A DNA stretch of 64,000 nucleotides from Eledone cirrhosa (GCA_964016885.1 OZ024754.1:18228001-18292000), one strand, 5' to 3'; counted from the first letter of the stretch, positions 22,905 through 36,892 are shown. A program made the numbers and translations. The notes: generated by a model not told the origin, from the sequence alone.

Positions 22905-24590
22905 CATACACACACAGATCAGCACAAAACAAATGTACACGTGTGTAAATCATTGTTACTGTAGAACGATGTAAACTTACACACACGCACACACAGATCA
23001 ACACAGAGTACACGTGTGTAAATCATTGTTACTGTAGAAAGATGTAAACTTACACACACACACACACAGATCAACACAGAGTACACGTGTGTAAATCATT
23101 GTTACTGTAGAAAGATGTAAACTTACACACACACACAGATCAACACAGAGTACACGTGTGTAAATGATTGTTACTGTAGAAAGATGTAAATTTACACACA
23201 CACACACAGATCAACACAGAGTACACGTGTGTAAATCATTGTTACTGTAGAAAGATGTAAACTTACACACACACACACACAGATCAACACAGAGTACACG
23301 TGTGTAAATCATTGTTACTGTAGAAAGATGTAAACTTACACACACACACAGATCAACACAGAGTACACGTGTGTAAAATCATTGTTACTGTAGAAAGATG
23401 TAAACTTACACACACACACAGATCAACACAGAGTACACGTGTGTAAATCATTGTTACTGTAGAAAGATGTAAACTTACACACACACACAGATCAACACAG
23501 AGTACACGTGTGTAAATCATTGTTACTGTAGAAAGATGTAAACTTACACACACACACACAGATCAACACAGAGTACACGTGTGTAAATCATTGTTACTGT
23601 AGAAAGATGTAAACTTACACACACACACACACACACAGATCAACACAGAGTACACGTGTGTAAATCATTATTACTGTAGAAAGATGTAAACTTACACACA
23701 CACACACAGATCAACACAGAGTACACGTGTGTAAATCATTGTTACTGTAGAAAGATGTAAACTTACACACACACACAGATCAACACAGAGTACACGTGTG
23801 TAAATCATTGTTACTGTAGAAAGATGTAAACTTACACACAGACACACAGATCAACACAGAGTACACGTGTGTAAATCATTATTTCTGTAGAAAGATGTAA
23901 ACTTACACACACACACAGATCAACACAGAGTACACGTGTGTAAATCATTATTACTGTAGAAAGATGTAAACTTACACACACACACAGATCAACACAGAGT
24001 ACACGTGTGTAAATCATTATTACTGTAGAAAGATGTAAACTTACACACACACACAGATCAACACAGAGTACACGTGTGTAAATCATTATTACTGTAGAAA
24101 GATGTAAACTTACACACACACACACAGATCAACACAGAGTACACGTGTGTAAATCATTGTTACTGTAGAAAGATGTAAACTTACACACACACACACACAG
24201 ATCAACACAGAGTACACGTGTGTAAATCATTGTTACTGTAGAAAGATGTAAACTTACACACACACACACAGATCAACACAGAGTACACGTGTGTAAATCA
24301 TTATTACTGTAGAAAGATGTAAACTTACACACACACACAGATCAACACAGAGTACACGTGTGTAAATCATTATTACTATAGAAAGATGTAAACTTACACA
24401 CACACACAGATCAACACAGAGTACACGTGTGTAAATCATTATTACTGTAGAAAGATGTAAACTTACACACACACACAGATCAACACAGAGTACACGTGTG
24501 TAAATCATTGTTACTGTAGAAAGATGTAAACTCACACATACATACACACTGATTAGCACAGCATAGACACATGTAAATCATTGTTAGATA
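22905..24590. repeat. About 62-72-bp minisatellite with an embedded variable (AC)n, about 26 copies
   Basis: Unit GATCAACACAGAGTACACGTGTGTAAATCATT(G/A)TTACTGTAGAAAGATGTAAACTT(AC)nA. Confidence 0.97.
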
Positions 24591-26124
24591 TAAACACCAT
24601 CAGCTACCTATTATAGGCACAATGGCTTGTCCTACAAAATATGGTCTGCAGTGAGCAGGGTATGGTGCAGCCAACTGGCCATGGTGTGGGCGACCCGTCT
24701 AACCCATGCGTGGGAAAATAGATGTTAAAGGGTGATGATAATGATGATTTCTTTATCCTTTAATACTTGACACCCTATAATGATTTATCAGAAAATATTG
24801 AAATGTATGTTAATTCAAATGTTTATAGTATCTTTATTAGAGGACAGAATGTTGTGGAAATTTGCAGTATTAAAGTAAAACCTTTAAATTTTAATGTTAT
24901 GCAGTTATTGTGCTGTTTTGTACTTTTCAAGAATCTCTTTCTGATGCAGTTTCATGTGATATAGGATGTCAAGAGTTAATGCCATTGCTAATTTAAGTTT
25001 TACAGTTAAAATAATATTTTAAAAAAGGGCACCAATAAAAAAACATCAATAAAGGATCAATATCCTAGATATTGATCCTAAATTTTCAAGTTGAAAACAT
25101 ACACGAGAGAAAGAATTCTTTGAAGATAGATTTAGTTATTACCAATTATATCTCAAAAGTTCTTTTTGTCTCTAACAGAAACATTAAAATTGATTCTGAC
25201 ACATTTGATTTTTTTTTTTATAAATTATTGTGGAAATTTTTACAAATGTGATTTGGGGGTAGCTTTCATTTATTTCAAACATGGTGTCTAAAGAAATAAT
25301 CTTACTTTTATGAAACCTATGGTAACTCTAGTTCAAACAGGCTGGAGCAGTGTGAGATGAAAGACATACATTCCACAGTAGTCCCATACTTTAAACTCTT
25401 TCACTGATGGTTCCTTTTGATCTCTATTATTCTCTATTCAGTGTTCCAGTTGAGGGGCTGAGGCCATGCTGGGACACTACCATTGATCATATAGCTTATT
25501 CATTCCATTGAGCTAAATTTTAAGAGCCTGGGCTAGTCTGGTTACATTTGTTCATATAACATTAGAAAGTTAAAATAAAGTTTATCTATTTGAAGAATAA
25601 TGAATCAAAATCAATTTGGATTATTATATTCTTAATAGCTCAGCAGGAATTTGCGAGATTTGGTCACTTCTTTGACTCTGAGCAAATATTACAATGCAAG
25701 AATGAACATGGAATTCCAAGATATTTTTTTGATATACACTTCCGATACTACGGCTATGGGTTAGAATGTCTCAGGAAAGAATCACTGGACAGATTTAATG
25801 TGCAAACCTAACCAGTAGGAAACCCAGAGGTCGACCCCGAGCAAGATGGTTGGCTAACATCCATGAGTTTGGCTGGTCTTGCTTGGGGATCCAGCCGGAT
25901 CAGTTGGAGATGGTTGCTTCTGACAGGACCTGCTGGAAGGAGTCCTTTGAGGACTCTGCTCTAACAACTCTCTCAGGAATAAGTGGATGAAGGAGAAGAA
26001 GAATGAACATAGAGTTCCAAGATATTTTTGTTTGTTTTGAACTACTGAAGTAGCCTGAGTGACTGGAGTCACCACTGATTTATATATATATAAATTACTG
26101 GATATCAAAAGCAAGTGTACTTAC

Positions 26125-26319
26125 CATCTGGGTCTTTAGGTACTTTATAAAACGACAATGCTAATGATATAATTGCAGCTACTAACAAAATAATAAGTGT
26201 GACATCTTGTAATGCATCCCAAACTAGTTGTAAAAAAGATTTTGGTGGCTTTGGAGGAATTACATTGGAACCAAATACTTCACGGCGATGATTGAGATCA
26301 ACAGGGTTTCCTGATAGAC
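26125..26319 (-). CDS. ATP2B: PMCA coding exon 2 (N-terminal cation-ATPase domain and TM1)
   Basis: tattttcatag|...|gtaag; 195 nt, phase 1-1; [65 protein letters not shown]. Confidence 0.97.
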
Positions 26320-26767
26320 CTATGAAAATAAAGAGAGAGAAAATGTAAAATGTTACACAAAAAAAACAGATAATTTTCTGCTTAGAATATTGTACAATAA
26401 ATTTTTAACACAAGAAAACAATAAAAAATATATAACTTTGCATGAAGATGTTTCAATTCTAAATACATTTAAAGTACAGATTGTGTTAAAAACTTTCATC
26501 CCTGATCCCTGAACTTAGTTGTAAGGACACCATCTTTGGGTATTTCTAAACCTGGTGGAGCCCATCTATTGGGCCTGAATAGAAAGAGAGAAAGAGAGAG
26601 AGATATATATAGAGGAAGAATTGATCCAAGTACCCGACTGATATTTTATTTATTGACCTCAGTGAGATTTTAACTGAGGTCATTGATAGCTGGAATGAAG
26701 CTATGAAGCATTCTAATGGATGTTCTGAAGAATCTGCTACTTCACAGACTTAAAGAAAAAGGTATGG

Positions 26768-26910
26768 GTGGGGTGGATAGTTACTCTCCTTGCCTCCACT
26801 GAAACAGGGGTGAATAGTTGCTCTTCTTGCCTCACTGAAACAGATTGGGGTGTGTATTCTCCCTGCCCCACTGAAATGATGTGGGGGTAGTCTCCCTTCC
26901 CCACTGACAG
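26768..26910. repeat. Degenerate repeat of about 36-40 bp, 4 copies
   Basis: Recurring GGGGTG...TCTCC(T/C)TGCC(T/C)CACTGAAA core. Confidence 0.7.
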
Positions 26911-27541
26911 TTGTAATGACTCCATAGGGTGACATCATCTCAGTTAGGTGTCACCCACGTTTCTACAGAAAACTCCCTATTTCTAATATATCCCTTTAGA
27001 CAATTAGACTGCAGTTATGTTGGGCTGACAACCTCACCAGATTTAATCAATCACATCAACACCAGTAACTATTGATTTTCTTTATTTTTAAGTCTGGTAC
27101 TATTTTATTGATTTTTATTAGCTGAAAGTAAACTCAGACACAGACACGCGCGCGTGTGTACACACACAGAAAGATATATGTGATTTATGAGTAAAATAAT
27201 AATGTTATTGAATCCCACCAAATTCTTCATTAAATTAATTCAAATACAGTGTATTTCATTAGAAATAGGGTCACAAACTTTTCTCTACATTGAAGCAAAT
27301 ATATTGTTTTTTACTATTTACTTACTAATTTGTAAGTAACAAGGATCAGAGTTCTTAATAGATTTATATGTCTTGAGTCTTAATCCAAGATTATTTTAAC
27401 CCTTTTTTGACCATATTTCCAATGAAATATGCTGCCTATGTTTCATATGGAAAAAAATTGGGATTTAGTAAAATAACATTTCCATTATTTAATTGATGTT
27501 TGGAGGATTAATTATCATAGATGGTTTTTAAACAAGGCACA

Positions 27542-29143
27542 ATCATCATCATCACCGTTTTACGTCCGTTCTTCCACGCTAGCATGGGTTAGACGGGTTG
27601 TCCTGTTGTGGGCAGTGTCTGGTCGGCTGACCTTGTCTTGCTCATACGAGAACTGATTCTGGCTTGATTTCTACAGCTGGATGCCCTTCCTAACACCAAC
27701 CTCATTTACAGTGAGTGCTGGGTGCTTTTTTTCCGTAGTGCCGACACGTCCACTTTACAGTGTGGGCTGGGTGCTTTTTTGCCGTGGCACCTCCACAACC
27801 ACCTTGCGGTGGGGGGGGGGGGGCATATTGTTTATATGCTTCAGCTTCGGCTTGTACCCGTGGGAGGTCGGGTACTCTGTATTACTGTGGTGTAATTGGG
27901 TAAGGTTGGCTTTTATCACCAGGGTCTCCCCACTGCGCGGTTTCCATTGACTTCTAGTGCACTGCACCTTTTTATGCAGCTGTCATCCTTCATACGCATC
28001 ACATGTCCATACCAACGCAACCGCGTCTCCTGCACACAGCATTAGATTCCTCTTTTGCTCAGTCATCTCTCAATTCATTTATGCTTTGCCGTTCACGTAT
28101 ATTACTATTACACATCCATCGGAGCATGCAGGATTCGTTTCTTTCTAATCTACGTAAGTCTTCCACCTTCAGCGCCCAGGTCTCACTACCATGTAACATT
28201 GCTGTTCGTATACACGCATCATACAGTCTGCCTTTCATTTTGAGGGAAAAGCCTTTTGCAGCTAGCAGTGGTAGTAGTTCCCTAAACTTCTTCCATCCCG
28301 TTCTTACCCTAGTTATTGTACTTTCTGAACACCCACCTCCGCTGCTAATTCGGTCACCTAGGTAGCAGAAGCTGTCTACTGTTTCTACAGGGCCCTCCCA
28401 GAGATTGGTGGTACTTGATTCCGTGGCTGTTTGTTGCTTGCTACATGTGAAGCCTATATTCTTAATTAAGCGTCCTGAGATCCCGCTACATCTCTTGTGT
28501 ACCCATTGTTTGCATTTGGGGCAGAGAATGGAGTTCCTACCTACACCTTTCCTACATACTGAGCAAGGCCATTTCCCCGAGGGGATCTGGGTTCTGTTTT
28601 CTCGTCTACTTACAAAGACCTTAGTCTTTGTCAGGTTGACTTTGAGACCCTTTCTTTCTAGTCCCTGCTTCCAAGTTTGGAATTTTTTCTCTAGTTCTAC
28701 CATAGATTCAGCTATAAGCGCGAGGTCTTCAGCATACAGGAGTTCCCATGGGCATCCGGTCTTAAGCTCCTCTGTTATTGGCTGCAGGACTATGATGAAC
28801 AGGAGAGGACTAAGAACAGAGCCCTGGTGGACACCAACCGGTACGCTAAATTCCTCGCTATACTCATTGCTAATCCTAACTTTGCTGACTGCTCCCCTAT
28901 ACATGGCTTGTACCGCTTTCACAAGCCATTCATCTACTCCTAGTTTTCTAAGAGCCCACCAGATTACAGCACGTGGAACTCTGTCAAAGGATTTCTCGAT
29001 ATCGACGAATGCCAGGTAGAGTGGCTTACTTTTAGCTAGGTACATTTCCTGTAACTGCCTCACAAGGAAGAGGGCATCAGTGGTGCCTCTTCCTGGTACA
29101 AACCCAAATTGTATCTCGTCTAGTTTCACCCGGTCCCTAATCA
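27542..29143 (-). mobile_element. 5'-truncated RTE LINE (second subfamily)
   Basis: ORF 29144-28059: QFGFVPGRGTTDA, AFVDIEKSFDRVPR, GVHQGSVLSPLLF, LLYAEDL; (GAT)n tail at 27542. Appears inserted into a SINE that resumes at about 29145-29325. Confidence 0.93.
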
Positions 29144-29834
29144 ACCATTTTTTTGTGGGAAGATGATTATATCCAGCTCAGTATTTTACTGGTATTTTAT
29201 TTTGACACTGGAAGGATAAAGGGCAAAGTTGACCATGGCAGGATTTGAACACAGAATGCAAAGGGCCATAACACCACAAAGCATTTTGTCTGACACACTA
29301 ATAATCTACCAATCCACCACCCTATTGCTTATAATTATGCTGGTAGAATTTAAATGCAAGTAAGCACATTTTTAAATGGTTGAATTTGTATCTGAGAACC
29401 AGGAGCAGTTTCAAGAAGGTTTGTATCTAATATTGTGAAGAAGGTTTAGGGGGAGCCCTTGTTACAGGTTCACAACAGAATGATACTTTAGGTGAATGAT
29501 TACTTGAAAATAGAGAATTCAAGTTAGATGATGTAATACATCAAAAACTAGCATAAGAACAGGTTCAGAAGAATGCAAATCATTGAGAGAGAGAGTGTTC
29601 CTCCCCAACCTGCAATTGGCCAAGCTGAGTGAACATGGCCACACCCTTGACATGACCAAAAACAAACAGAAAATGGTGGAGGTCAACCAAGGAGAGGTTC
29701 CTCCAACAGGAGTGAGGTCTTGGATTGGATTGAATATGTATATAAGGTGGCAATTAGCAGAGTCATTAGAACTGCATGAGGAGTTCAGGGCTCATGGCAT
29801 GGGGTGGGTGGGGGTGTGGGGTTATGATGATGAG

Positions 29835-30110
29835 TATTTCAGTTGTTTCAACAATAGCACGGCTTACTTATGAAATGAATATGCAAGTGACTGAGCATTC
29901 CACACACATGTGTACCCTTAGTGCAGTTCTTGGTAAGAATCAATGTCACACAGTATGTGACAAGGTTGGCCCTTTGAATTACAGATATAACTAATATTTG
30001 CCATCTAAGTGAACTGGAGCAAGACAAAATAAAGTGTCTTGCTGAAGGACACAATGCCCCCACCAAGACTGGTATTTGGACTCATGACCATATAACCATC
30101 AAGCCACATA
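29835..30110. mobile_element. SINE (same family as 22335 and 62720)
   Basis: Shared GCAAGTGRCTGAGYATTCCACAGACAC and ACTGGAGCAA...AAAGTGTCTTGCT blocks. Confidence 0.75.
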
Positions 30111-31384
30111 TCAAATCATTATAATTCCTAAGTAACAACATATTCTGTTAATGTGGTGTCACCTTAACAATATGATCAATATCATTCTCTCTTTATCTGG
30201 CTGCTATTAGAAGGGATTATGAAGGTTTTAGTTTTTTGTAGTGGTCAGATTCATACATAAGAGGATTGCACAGTGAAAGAATCTTTGTTATTGGCTGAGG
30301 AGAAGCAGAGAAAGTGACACAACGCTCATCTAATATTTGTTTCTGTATTTTAATCATTTATTTTGTATTTGTTAATGTAATAATTTGTTTCTAATAGTCC
30401 AGGTGTGCTTCTTCTAAGGGTTGTGCCTATATTCACCCAACATTTCCCTGATCAATACATGCTAACCAACCTCTGGAAAGATTATTGACCTTATAGGGAC
30501 AAAGCAATCCGGTACAAGAAAATAGTTATATATTAGTTATTGTAGGTCACTACTCAAGATTCACATTTGTATACACCCACGTCCAGATATCTGTGTTTCT
30601 ACGGTCAAGATTCACATTTACATACACCCACACCCATGTCCAGATATCTGTGTTTCTACGGTCATTTAATTTTTTTTATCAAGTGGAAATCCTACATGAA
30701 TACACAAGGACCAAACATCTCAATACATATCTTTGGAGGTTTACATTTTCATCAAACTTCCATAGAATCTACAGAGGAATGGCCAATGTAAGCGATATAA
30801 ATGCATATTGCGGTTGCCATGAAAACTGCAAATCCAATAACCATGTGTGAGTTTGTTCTCCCAGAAACCTAGCCTTCAAATGAGATACTTTTAACAATAA
30901 CCAACTGCATACCACATGGAAGAAGTTTTTTTTTCCTTTTTTCTCAAGATGCTTAACAAATGGTGAAACTAATAAACCTACATGGATGATGCCTAGTGGA
31001 AGTGCTTTCTTGAGGAAATGTTCACAAATCAAATACTAATTGTTTCATTAAAAAAGTTTAGTTTGTGGATGCTAATCCATATTAAACAATATTTACATTT
31101 AACAAAGGATGAGAAGGTACAACAAATTGTTGAGACCTTGCACCAAAAACTTATAAAGATAGAGTTATGAGAAAAACTTTTATATGTAAAGAAAAGATAG
31201 TTCTTTTAATGAATGTACTCTTCATAATTCATTTTGAAATACTCATGTTGAGCCAGAACTTCCTACATCAGCTGTTAATATTTTATGTTGAAGGTAATAT
31301 GTAGTGTGTCCCATTTTCATGTTGAGAGATTTGTCATGAGACCATATTTCTAGTTAAACACTATATTTAAATTATTAATAAAGA

Positions 31385-31610
31385 CAAAGCTAGTGTTTCG
31401 AAGACAGGGAGTGAAGTTTGAAATTTAGTAGAAATAGAAACTTTCACCATATTTTAACTGAAGAAATTTAACTGAAGAAAGCCTGATAGTGGGGTTTGAA
31501 AGGATGAGTATACATCAATACTCATCCTTTTCAATTTTAGAGGGTTTTAAACCACACTATCGGGCTAATTTCTTTAGTCAAAATATGATGAAAGCTTCTA
31601 TTTCTACTAA
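31385..31610. mobile_element. Foldback insertion with an 8-bp target duplication, inside a MITE
   Basis: AATAAAGA at 31377-31384 and 31611-31618; imperfect inverted arms 31424-31500 and about 31546-31611. Confidence 0.6.
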
Positions 31611-32934
31611 AATAAAGAATTTCAAAGACTAAAAATATTATTTCCATAATTAAGACAGTATTTACAACATAACAAAAAGTTCTCATATCAAATTATGCAG
31701 AAGATTATAATTTAATATTTTTGATGTTAAACTAGTTAAAACCACCCATGGTTTTATGAGACAAAGCTCTTTATTCTAAAACATTTTTATCTATTTAAAA
31801 ACCTTCCATTATAATTTAATGTAAGAATCTTTGTTAAGCTATGTTCTAAGCAATAACAAGAGAGTTAGTTAATCCCTCAAAATTCGTAATTATTTTTAAT
31901 ATGATTTCAAAATCATAGACAGTGTCTTTCATTAGAAATATGGCAGTGAAAGGGTAAAATAAGAAAGCTATGAGAAGTTTTGTTTCATAGAATCAGAAGC
32001 AGTTTTGGGCAAGATGGCATCAAAAGGGCTAAATGTAACACAGGCCAAGGTGTGTATTCATCGGATTGACAGACACATATGGTAACAAGAATGACAAGCT
32101 TCAAATCACTGAATAAAATATTTACAACAGACTTGAAACAGACCTGTAGCAAGTTGGTGAGAATGTTTATAGTATGTCTGTCAGTCTGTGTGTAGCAGCA
32201 GAACTATTTCAGATATGTGAACAGTAATCTAATGTGAGTCTTACTTGAGCTTTTATAGGCTCAGTAACTGAGTATTTTCTGACCCTGAAGAAGAAACCTA
32301 GGCTTTGAAGTTCATGTTTGGCAATGATATATGAAGTGGGACAAAAAAAAAAAAAAAAAATTTACAGCTTATAGATTTAATTGGTCTCTTATGCATCTCA
32401 TAGGAGGTTTCTTTCTTGAATGTTTAAAGATAGGGTCCCCAGTCCTATCATGAAATAAAAAATACAATGCACCATTAGGTCGAAGAATCAAACCCAGAAC
32501 CTTATGATCACAGATCCAACATTCTAAGAGATAGCCAAGAACTATCTTCCGAGATTGTCAGTTCTATGTTGTTATAACTTTGAAGGGAAGACGTAACACA
32601 AAGTTGGTTTCTCGATATATATAGCAATTGTCATTTCTGCTGTTAAAGGAGACTAGGTCAAAGTTTCAGCTAATAGAAGCAGCACTTGTTTGACATGAGC
32701 CATCTAGGCTGTAGGAGGATGATGTCTGCATGTAAAATGTAGTACCATTTACACAGGGGAATGAGTGAGTTTGTGGTAACAATGAGTGGATCTTTGACCT
32801 ATGGAAGGAAGAATGTAAGCTATATAAATTAAACCTTGGGTTATACAAGAGCTGATAGGCTAGTACAGGGGGTTAAAGGAAAGAGTTCCTGATAACATAT
32901 TGATACAATGGAGCAGTTGGACAGAAAGCACTAC

Positions 32935-32985
<51 letters not shown>
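32935..32985. repeat. (CA)n microsatellite
   Basis: Seen directly. Confidence 0.98.
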
Positions 32986-32986
<1 letters not shown>

Positions 32987-33237
32987 AAGAAGTGGGAAAC
33001 AGCTGAAGCTCATATATGAACATATTAATTAGGAGGTTCTCGTTACCTTTAACATCAACAAATGTTGATGTTAAAGGTAATAATATTTCTACAGTTATGT
33101 TAGTCTGGTGCATATTATAGAGAGCAAGTCTGCAATAAATCTGGCTGGAGTGAGAGAGGGGGGAAAGGAGGAAGAGACTGGGAGAAAGAGAAAGGGGAGA
33201 GAGACTAGGAGGGAGGGAGGTTGCCCAATTTAATTAA

Positions 33238-33463
33238 ATCCTTATTACCATATTTCTAATGAAAGACAATGCCCGTAGTTTTTAAATCATTTAGAAAATA
33301 ATCAAGAATTTGAAAGAATTTAATAAAATATTTTCTTTATTAAGCTGCTGTTTGGAACTTAACAAATATTTAAACATAACATGATAAAGGGGTTTTAGAT
33401 AAATACTTACAAATAATTTTATATCATAGAACCAGTGGCTGTTTCAGGCAGGCATCAAAGGGG
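33238..33463. mobile_element. TTAA-flanked MITE of about 230 bp (family B; many decayed copies in the window)
   Basis: TTAA on both sides. One end reads (CC)CTT..TTACCATATTTCTAATGAAAGACA, the other TCATAGAACCAG...TTTCAGG...ATCAAAGGGG. Relatives near 34590-34830, 35180-35450, 37565-37800, 51750-51950, 53760-53990 and 61440-61620. Confidence 0.7.
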
Positions 33464-36400
33464 TTAAGACTATTCTTACAAAAGACTTGATATTAATTCC
33501 ATCTAAACTCCTCAAATCAATATATTCTTATCCATATTGGATCTTCACTATACCTAGTCAAACTGTGTGATATTACCAAATAAATAACGCCACTTAACCC
33601 TTCCATTACCATATTTCGGAATTGGTTGAATTGTAGATGCACCGAATGAGATACATTGCCGTATTTGTTCTGCCTCTTTGTATTCTGAGTTCAAATCCTT
33701 CTTTGGCTTAATTGGGTGGTAGCTTTAACACTACTACATGGTTCAGGAGTGTATTTAGTAGTCAACTCTGTTGTAAGCATTTGGAGCAAGTGTTCCCATC
33801 CTGCCCTCCAACTAATTTTGGAGGCCCTTAAAAAGATTATGGGAACTGTCCTTCTCTCCCTGACTATATAGAAAGAAAATCAAAACCTTTACAAGGTGGC
33901 TGATACAATTGATGAACCCACAACTGAGCCAGGCAAAAAAAAGGGACCCATCTCTAAGAATACATAGAGTTGAACCTTGGTTCATAAACAATTTGGTTAA
34001 TGGACAATTTTTAGAACCTAAAATGTCTTGGTTGGCGAACAGTGTCTTGGGTAATTAATACACAAGCTGGGAGTATCTTTGGGAAAGCATCACTTGCTAT
34101 GTTAGTTACTATGGTGATATTTACCTGTCTTTCACACAGTCTCTCACACACTGTATTTCTCTCTCAACATTTCATATGGGAAAAATAGTTTCGGTTTACG
34201 AACACTTCAGATGACTAAGTTTGTGAAGCAAGGTTCCACTGTATCTGTCTTTCATAATTAAAATTCAGATTAGTTTCCACTGCATGCCACCTTGGGCAAA
34301 TGTCTTCTACCAGATAGTTTAACCAACACCTTGTGAGGGGTGCAAGGGAACTGTATAAAAGTATGTAGGATGATGATAAATGATTATATACATATCTTTC
34401 TCCAATGTATATGTGGTGAGTAAACCATGTGTGACATTTGTTGCAATCAAATAGCACAGATAGTCCTTTGTCACTCTCAATTATTGCAATAGAAGTAAAA
34501 AGCCAATTTCTTTAAGAATACATATACCTTTCTTTTGAAATTGAAAATTCACTTATTTTTGTTTTCTAACAAAATTCCAAATAATTGCAGCCTTTCTAAT
34601 GAAATGCATTCTATTTCAATTAATTATTTTCAAATTTTGAGAAATTTACAAAAATTGTTAATTATTTATCACTAAGAATAGTAACTTAACATATGGTTCT
34701 TTTAAAAATTATGTTGAAAGATTTTAATTTAAATAGGATGGTGGTTTTGTTTAAAATGGGTGTTTAAAATGGATGGTTTTGTTTCATAGAACCAAAGCCA
34801 GTTTTGGCTGGGTTAGTATCAAAAAGGTTAATAAGAAATTTATATTAAATTCCCTCAAATTCTTCATTATTTTCAAAATCATAGGCAGGTTCTTTAATTA
34901 GAAATATGTTAATGAAAGGGCTAAATTTAGTTGAATATGTATGTTCAACTTGCAAACAAAGAATAAATGTTCAGATTATGAATTACCATATCATCATCAC
35001 TATTTCATGTTGGCTCTCCCTGATACTCATCATACATAAGTCCAAAAATATATGACAAAATAATTGGTAAAATGGGGTGGGCAGCTTATGTTCGAGGTCA
35101 ATATTTTGACAATTTTCACCAAATCAAATTCTACGTAATTAAGAATTGGGAGAAATTTACTAAAATTATTTCTCTATTAAGCCTTTCATGACCGAATTTC
35201 TAATGAAATACACCCTATTTTAATTTATTAATGAAGAATTTTGAGAGATTTACTAAAATTATTTATTATTTCATAACTAGAAGATTTTAATATAAACTGT
35301 AAACCTTTAAAATGGGTGGTTTTATTTAATAGAACCAGAACCGGTTTTGGCCAGGTTGGTAACAAAAGGGTTAAATAGGAACTCTTTAAAATGAGTGGCT
35401 CTTTTCATAGAACCAGAACCAGTTTTAGCTGGGTTGGTAACTAAAGGGTTAATGTTCTGAGATCAAATCCTTTAGAGGTCAATTTTGCTTTTCATCTTTC
35501 CAAGGTTTTGATAAAACAAAACGGGAGTCAAATTCTGAGGTTGATTTAATCGACTTATCTCCACTAAATTGTTGACCTTCAGCTTAAATTAGAAATCGTT
35601 AAGGATGAAAGGCAAAGTTAACCTCCCACCGAGGTTAACTTTGCCTTTCATCCTTACAGGGGTTGATAAAATAATGTACCAGTAATGTACTGGGTAATTG
35701 CTGGCCTTGTGCCAAAAGTAGAAACAATTATTAATTCGAAACACACAGGTAACATATTTCAGTTGAAACACAGTCATGAAAGGGTTAAAGAAAGTGAAAG
35801 TTATTAAGAATAGACATGTTCTCCTGAAATGCAGTAGAGATCTGAAAAGCAAGCTATCTACTCTATAAATACCAGATACTAGCTTTAAAATAATCAATTA
35901 TTGACATTTTTCCAACTCCAACAATACTCACATGCACACACATGCATCACACAGACACACACCACTGTCATTTTGACATTTGCACTTCCATGCTTGCAAT
36001 GAATTTGATGATACTTCTTGAGGAAATGTTTTACAGCTCGATGCCCTTCCTGAAGCCAATCTTTTTATATGCCTCTCACAATATGTAAGAATATGGTGAA
36101 ACTTTTCTAAAAACTATGATACATATTTACACTCAATATTCAATGTTCATAAAATACACAAACACGCATACACACACAAGAGTGAGAATAGAAAGAACAC
36201 TGCAACTGGTAATTATGAAAGGGAGGTGCTATATAATTAGTAATTATGAGGGGGGGGGGTGCTATATAGTTGGTAATTAAAGGAGGGAAGGCTACATAAT
36301 TGCCAAATCAATGCAAATCTGATAACAATATCATTACTTTTTATCTTCCGTGTTGGGGGGAGGGGGGAGGGGGGGTTAGATGGGTTTCAAAACATTTCCA

Positions 36401-36805
36401 ATACATTTTTTTGTTCTCATGGCCCGAAAAGGGATAAAGAGGACGCTTTAGCCACATGAATAACTGACAACTTCCTTGGTACAGGTGTCATGATGAAATA
36501 TACCTAGTACATTCTTTAAAATGATTGCCATTGGGAAAGGGCATCCAGTTATAGAAACTGGTAGAGAGGACTATTTAGCCACATGAAGGACATGGCAACC
36601 TTGATAGTGCACCCAATTCACTCTGAAGTGATTGTCATTGAAACCAAAATACCTTTTGATGGTTTTTTACTATAGGTTTAAAATCTTTATAGGTGCTAGC
36701 ATGGCTGTGTGTTTAAGGTTTTGGTTAATCTAGAATGTGTTTACTCTAGCCTTACATCGGCCAATGTCTTATGAGCAAAATTTAGTAGATGGAAACTACT
36801 CAAAC

Positions 36806-36806
<1 letters not shown>

Positions 36807-36892
<86 letters not shown>

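Noticed and set aside
22905-24590. Repeat with variable spacers as CRISPR-like; Cys/Val-rich ORFs
   Set aside because: The variable part is only (AC)n length, and the ORFs are translations of the repeat.
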